From assembly GCA_016213365.1 (NCBI GenBank), contig JACRAP010000015.1, forward strand, positions 1 to 63,007: a stretch of DNA of 63,007 nucleotides, given 5' to 3'. Each line of letters begins with the position of its first letter. The first letter of the stretch is position 1. A program made the position numbers and the translations under genes. Positions 58,935-63,007 of this stretch are shown piece after piece. The notes under the pieces were generated by a model. That model had not been told where the DNA came from, did not search any database, and saw only the letters and a program-made list of their open reading frames with translations. This DNA comes from Candidatus Berkelbacteria bacterium. GTDB taxonomy: Bacteria > Patescibacteriota > UBA1384 > 2-12-FULL-50-11.

Positions 58935-61793
58935 ATGGAAAAAATTAAAGTAGTTGGCGCCAGAACACATAATTTAAAAGACATCACCGTCGAAATCCCA
59001 AAAAATAAAATTACTGTTATTACCGGCCTATCTGGTTCCGGAAAATCTTCGCTTGCTTTTGACACTATTTTTGCCGAAGGTCAGCGCCGCTACGTTGAAA
59101 GTTTAAGCTCGTACGTTCGACAGTTTTTAAGCGATATCGAGAAACCAGACTTCGACTATATCGAGGGACTCGCTCCGGCGATTGCCATCGATCAAAAAAC
59201 TGCTTCCAGAAACCCGCGCTCAACAGTTGCCACCACAACTGAAATTTACGACTTTTTAAGACTACTCTTCTCTAGAATCGGTATCCCTTATTGTCCGAAA
59301 GACGGAAGCGTTGTTACGCAACAATCAACAGAGACTATTACAAGAAATATCTTAAAAGACTTTATTGAAAACGATCATATCGCCGTAAAAGTATTTAGCC
59401 AAATTATCCAAAACCGAAAGGGCGAGCATAAATATCACATTAAACAAAGTAAAAAGATGGGAGTTTTACGAGTTCGTTTCGACGGCACCGAGATGGATAT
59501 TGAAGAAGCGCTAAATCTTGAGGTGGACAAGAATAAAAAACACACCTTAGAGTATCTAGCGGGTAGCTTTGATTTTCCGGTCAGCAACGACCAATCTAAA
59601 CAAGTAGCATATGTTGAGATTCTTAAAATAATCGAACGAGCGATTAAGCTTGGTGGCTCGATGATTATCGTAAACTCCACCAAATCCGACTTAGAGCGGT
59701 ATTATTCGCAAAAATACGCCTGTACGCTTTGTGGCTGGCAATTCCCAGATATCGAGCCGCGATTATTTTCGTTCAATAACCCCGAAGGCGCGTGTTTAGC
59801 TTGTCAGGGCTTAGGTAACAGACAGATTGCCGATCCGGATTTAGTTCTGCCAAATCATCGCCTAACCTTAGCCGAAGGCGCAATCCGGCCGTGGAGCCGC
59901 ACCACCAGCCAAACTAGCTGGTATCAAAAAGCGCTTAACGACTTAGCAAAAAAATACAACTTTAGTTTAGATACACCGGTTGGCGAACTAACAGAAGAGG
60001 TTCGCAGTGTTGTTTTATACGGCGAGAAATCAGAAGACGACGAATCCTTTGAAGGCGTAATTCCAAACCTGGAGCGCCGTTATCGCGAAACCGATTCAGA
60101 ATATCTTAAAACAGAAATTGAAAAATATATGGTGGAGCGCGTTTGTGAGATTTGTAAGGGTCAGCGCTTGCGCCAAGAAGTGTTAGCGATAAAAATCGAT
60201 GATCGAAATATCATCGACATTACTAACGACACCATCGAGGCTTCAGCTAAATTCTTCCACGAAGTTAAGGGTAAAATTAGCGAGAAACATCAACATATCG
60301 CCGAAGCAATTGTAAAAGAAATTAGCTCGCGCTTAAATTACTTACTTGAGGTTGGCTTGGGTTATTTAACCCTAAACAGAACTAGCTCAACTTTGGCTGG
60401 CGGCGAAGCGCAACGAATTAGACTCGCTAACCAACTCGGTTCCGGTTTAACAGGGGTGGTTTACATTTTGGACGAACCTTCGATCGGTTTGCACGCACGT
60501 GATCACGAAAAATTACTTAAAACCATTAACGAGCTTAAACAGCGCGGTAACACCGTTATCGTAGTGGAGCACGATAAAGACACAATGCTTCAAGCTGATT
60601 ATATTATCGATATGGGGCCAGGCGCAGGCGAACAGGGCGGCGAGATAATCGCCCAAGGCACGCCGGAAGAGATTAAATGCGACCCCAACTCTATTACGGG
60701 GCAATATCTATCAAATACGCGAAATATCGAGCTTCCAGAACATCGCCACGAACACGAAGACAAGTTTATCGAGATTATCGGGGCAACTGGCAATAACTTA
60801 AAAGATATCAGCGTAAAACTACCGTTAAACCGACTCGTATGCATTACCGGCGTTTCTGGTTCGGGTAAATCTACGTTAATCGAGGATACTTTAGCGGTTG
60901 CGCTAGCAAAACACTTCCACGGCAACAGCGAAGATCCTTCGCCACACAAGGGGATTACTGGTTTAGAGAATATCGATAATATTATTAACATCGATCAGAC
61001 CGCTATCGGTAGAACGCCGCGCTCTAACCCCGCTACCTACACCGCAGCGCTCGGCCCGATTCGTGAGCTTTTCGCTAACACTAAAGAATCTCAAGAACGC
61101 GGGTACGAAGCGTCGCGCTTTAGCTTTAACTTGCGCGGCGGACGCTGCGAAAACTGTCGCGGCGACGGTCAGATCAAAATCGAGATGAATTTCTTGCCAG
61201 ATATTTACGTGCCGTGCTCGGAGTGTAAAGGCAAGCGCTACAACGCCGAAACTTTAGAGATTAAATACAAAAACAAAGATATTAGCGATATTTTAGCGAT
61301 GACCGTTGACGAAGCGTTGCAATTCTTTAACAGCGAAGAAGAAGTCCGCGAGAAATTGTTAATTCTTCAGGCCGTAGGGCTCGGATACGTTCGATTAGGT
61401 CAACCAGCCACTACTTTATCTGGAGGTGAGGCGCAGCGTATTAAATTAGCCGCAGAGCTGGCTAAGAAAGATACCGGTAAAACGCTTTATATTTTAGACG
61501 AGCCGACCACTGGCCTTCATTTTGAAGATATTCAACGCCTCTTAAGCGTGCTTTATAAGTTAGTTGATCGCGGCAATACCGTTGTTATTATCGAACATAA
61601 TACCGATGTTATCCGCTGCGCCGATTGGATTATCGATATGGGACCTGACGGCGGCGACAAGGGTGGTATGATAGTGGCCGAGGGAACACCAGAAGATGTC
61701 GCAAAAATCGAAAAATCAGTTACCGGAAAATTCTTACAAGAAAGCTTTAAGGCGTACGCGCCAAAAGCCAAAGAGCGATCTAGGGCTAGTTAA
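58935..61793 (+). CDS. uvrA: excinuclease ABC subunit A paralog (copy 2, full length)
   Basis: 952 aa with [30 protein letters not shown] and zinc motifs. It retains the insertion region between Walker A and the signature motif. Confidence 0.93.
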   Translation: MEKIKVVGARTHNLKDITVEIPKNKITVITGLSGSGKSSLAFDTIFAEGQRRYVESLSSYVRQFLSDIEKPDFDYIEGLAPAIAIDQKTASRNPRSTVATTTEIYDFLRLLFSRIGIPYCPKDGSVVTQQSTETITRNILKDFIENDHIAVKVFSQIIQNRKGEHKYHIKQSKKMGVLRVRFDGTEMDIEEALNLEVDKNKKHTLEYLAGSFDFPVSNDQSKQVAYVEILKIIERAIKLGGSMIIVNSTKSDLERYYSQKYACTLCGWQFPDIEPRLFSFNNPEGACLACQGLGNRQIADPDLVLPNHRLTLAEGAIRPWSRTTSQTSWYQKALNDLAKKYNFSLDTPVGELTEEVRSVVLYGEKSEDDESFEGVIPNLERRYRETDSEYLKTEIEKYMVERVCEICKGQRLRQEVLAIKIDDRNIIDITNDTIEASAKFFHEVKGKISEKHQHIAEAIVKEISSRLNYLLEVGLGYLTLNRTSSTLAGGEAQRIRLANQLGSGLTGVVYILDEPSIGLHARDHEKLLKTINELKQRGNTVIVVEHDKDTMLQADYIIDMGPGAGEQGGEIIAQGTPEEIKCDPNSITGQYLSNTRNIELPEHRHEHEDKFIEIIGATGNNLKDISVKLPLNRLVCITGVSGSGKSTLIEDTLAVALAKHFHGNSEDPSPHKGITGLENIDNIINIDQTAIGRTPRSNPATYTAALGPIRELFANTKESQERGYEASRFSFNLRGGRCENCRGDGQIKIEMNFLPDIYVPCSECKGKRYNAETLEIKYKNKDISDILAMTVDEALQFFNSEEEVREKLLILQAVGLGYVRLGQPATTLSGGEAQRIKLAAELAKKDTGKTLYILDEPTTGLHFEDIQRLLSVLYKLVDRGNTVVIIEHNTDVIRCADWIIDMGPDGGDKGGMIVAEGTPEDVAKIEKSVTGKFLQESFKAYAPKAKERSRAS

Positions 61794-62346
61794 AGATTTA
61801 CAAACGCTTGGCTATGCTCGCATAGTTGGTGTAGATGAAGTTGGACGCGGCGCGATTGCCGGCCCGCTGGTTGTTTGTGCAGTTGAGATTAATAAATACA
61901 TCGAAGGCGTAACTGATTCTAAATTATTAAGTAAATCAATTCGATCACTACTTGCTACTAAAATTCACCACAACGCATCCCAAATTCGTTACGGCGTAGT
62001 ACACGCACACGAAATTGACAAACTGGGGATATCGAAATCTTTAGAACTCGCTTACAAAAGAGCTTTAGCATATGCTAATACGGATGTTATTTTGACCGAT
62101 TTTGTTAAATTAACTTCGATTAAGCATATATCTTTTGTGAAAGGTGATTTACTTAATTTCTCAATTGCATGCGCGTCGATTATGGCAAAAGTTTATAGAG
62201 ATAATTTAATGAGAATTTACGGTATTTCTGAACCTAATTATCAGTGGCATCAAAACGTTGGCTACGGCACCAACGCACATTTTCAAGCTATTAAAACATA
62301 TGGCAAATCTAAATTGCATCGTAACAGCTTTCTTATTGACTTTTAG
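61696..62346 (+). CDS. rnhB: ribonuclease HII
   Basis: GVDEVGRGAIAGPLVV, DSK. The only ATG/GTG/TTG start in frame is 61696, giving a 98-nt overlap with uvrA copy 2. Confidence 0.85.
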   Translation: MSQKSKNQLPENSYKKALRRTRQKPKSDLGLVKDLQTLGYARIVGVDEVGRGAIAGPLVVCAVEINKYIEGVTDSKLLSKSIRSLLATKIHHNASQIRYGVVHAHEIDKLGISKSLELAYKRALAYANTDVILTDFVKLTSIKHISFVKGDLLNFSIACASIMAKVYRDNLMRIYGISEPNYQWHQNVGYGTNAHFQAIKTYGKSKLHRNSFLIDF

Positions 62347-62370
62347 ATCAATTACTGGTAATATTACTGC

Positions 62371-62734
62371 GAAATCAAGGCGATTGCGCATTAACATGTG
62401 AGGAAAGTCCGGGCACCAAAAAGACGCGCTCCAGCTAACTGCTGGCTGTCGTAAGGCAAGGGAAAGTGGCACAGAAACTAAACCGCCCTGAGTTAATCGA
62501 AGGGTAAGGATGAAAAGAGTGGGGTAAGAGCCCACAACTTTCTCAGTAATGAGAATTGGAAGCTAAACCCAGTGTGGTGCAAGTTGAGTGGGTCGTTACA
62601 AAATTAGTTCATTGGTTCGCCAGCGCGAGCAAACGAGCTTCCGCTTAGTCTTTAAGTATTGTAACGATCTCAACGCTTAGAGAAATAATCGCTATCCGCC
62701 AGCTGGCGGAACAGAACCCGGCTTAATGATTTCC
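62371..62734 (+). ncRNA. rnpB: RNase P RNA (bacterial type A)
   Basis: P4 halves GAGGAAAGTCCGGGC (62400-) and ACAGAACCCGGCTTA (62711-). P1 pairs GAAATCA (62371-62377) with TGATTTC (62727-62733). Confidence 0.9.
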
Positions 62735-62763
62735 AAAAAAGACTCCGCAAGGAGTTCTTTTTT
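62735..62763 (+). terminator. intrinsic terminator after rnpB
   Basis: GACTCC, GCAA loop, GGAGTT, then CTTTTTT. Confidence 0.6.
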
Positions 62764-62791
62764 GTTGAATTTCAGGGTAAAATATAATTAC

Positions 62792-62862
62792 TCCCGGATC
62801 GTCTAACGGCAGGACGACGGCCTTTGGCGCCGTTAATCGGGGTTCGAATCCCTGTCCGGGAA
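62792..62862 (+). tRNA. tRNA-Gln (anticodon TTG), CCA not encoded
   Basis: Acceptor TCCCGGA/TCCGGGA, anticodon arm ACGGC-CTTTGGC-GCCGT, T arm CGGGG-TTCGAAT-CCCTG. Confidence 0.85.
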
Positions 62863-62866
62863 CACT

Positions 62867-62893
62867 AAAAATCCGCCTTTACGGCGGTTTTTT
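62867..62893 (+). terminator. intrinsic terminator after tRNA-Gln
   Basis: CCGCC, TTTAC loop, GGCGG, TTTTTT. Confidence 0.6.
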
Positions 62894-62993
62894 AGTGTTC
62901 TGAAAGATTCGAACCCAAATCTTTGATTTGCAGGTTCGATAGCGAACCGAGCGAAGCGAGGTGAGATATACCGAAGTCCGAAGGACTGAGGGT

Positions 62994-63007
62994 AATCCCT
63001 GTCCGGG
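62994..63007 (+). repeat. 14-nt direct repeat of the tRNA-Gln 3' end (AATCCCTGTCCGGG), truncated by the window edge
   Basis: Identical to 62847-62860. Confidence 0.8.

Noticed and set aside
62206-62535. 109-aa minus-strand ORF.
   Set aside because: It lies antisense within rnhB's 3' end and the RNase P RNA gene, and is an artefact of the GC-rich RNA sequence.
62894-62975. Minus-strand tRNA suggested by GATTCGAACC.
   Set aside because: The would-be T stem (TTGGG/CTTTC) does not pair, and no acceptor or anticodon arms can be built.

Overview
This 63 kb window is almost entirely housekeeping genes, tightly packed and mostly on the minus strand. GC content is moderate to low. The many trimmed or fused domain architectures suggest a small, reduced genome, possibly Patescibacteria/CPR-like; that is inference and cannot be confirmed without a database search.

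Gene order, left to right:
- Translation and transcription: an rplC fragment, rpsJ, tuf, fusA, rpsG, rpsL, rpoC and rpoB.
- obg, three envelope ORFs, infB, gyrA and gyrB, then a glycosyltransferase.
- A DNA-repair/oxidative-stress cluster: uvrB, a broken nuclease-like ORF, uvrA, uvrC, nfo and sod.
- A cysteine desulfurase and an MBL hydrolase.
- A glycolysis/pentose-phosphate block: gap, fba, split tkt, rpe, rpiB and a 2-hydroxyacid dehydrogenase.
- An ABC-2 exporter, then an HNH gene, tRNA-Thr and a WYL-like ORF.
- rplY, trmD, a KH protein, a membrane AAA+ pair and rpsP.
- A def-fmt fusion, a priA-like gene, der, lepB, a LuxR-type gene and lgt.
- rplT, rpmI, infC, a DAGK-like gene, bactofilin, a second uvrA, rnhB, RNase P RNA and tRNA-Gln.

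I found no CRISPR array, transposase, integrase, recognisable defence operon or prophage. I do not see one clear novel multi-gene system. The items most worth a second look are:
- An in-frame TAA that splits rpoB.
- GC-rich, hairpin-rich intergenic modules that interrupt the rpsJ-rplC and fusA-tuf junctions and follow uvrA. The latter two share a motif.
- An Mrr-like nuclease ORF inside the uvr cluster, broken at an A9 tract.
- The HNH / tRNA-Thr / WYL-like overlap.
- A membrane-anchored Clp-like AAA+ pair inserted into the rpsP-trmD cluster.
- A CdaA-TM/YbbR fusion that lacks the cyclase domain.
- A duplicated gyrB tail that forms a coupled small ORF.
- A truncated rplC abutting an AraC HTH fragment at the left window edge.

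All protein calls come from motif recognition in the supplied translations. No searches were run.
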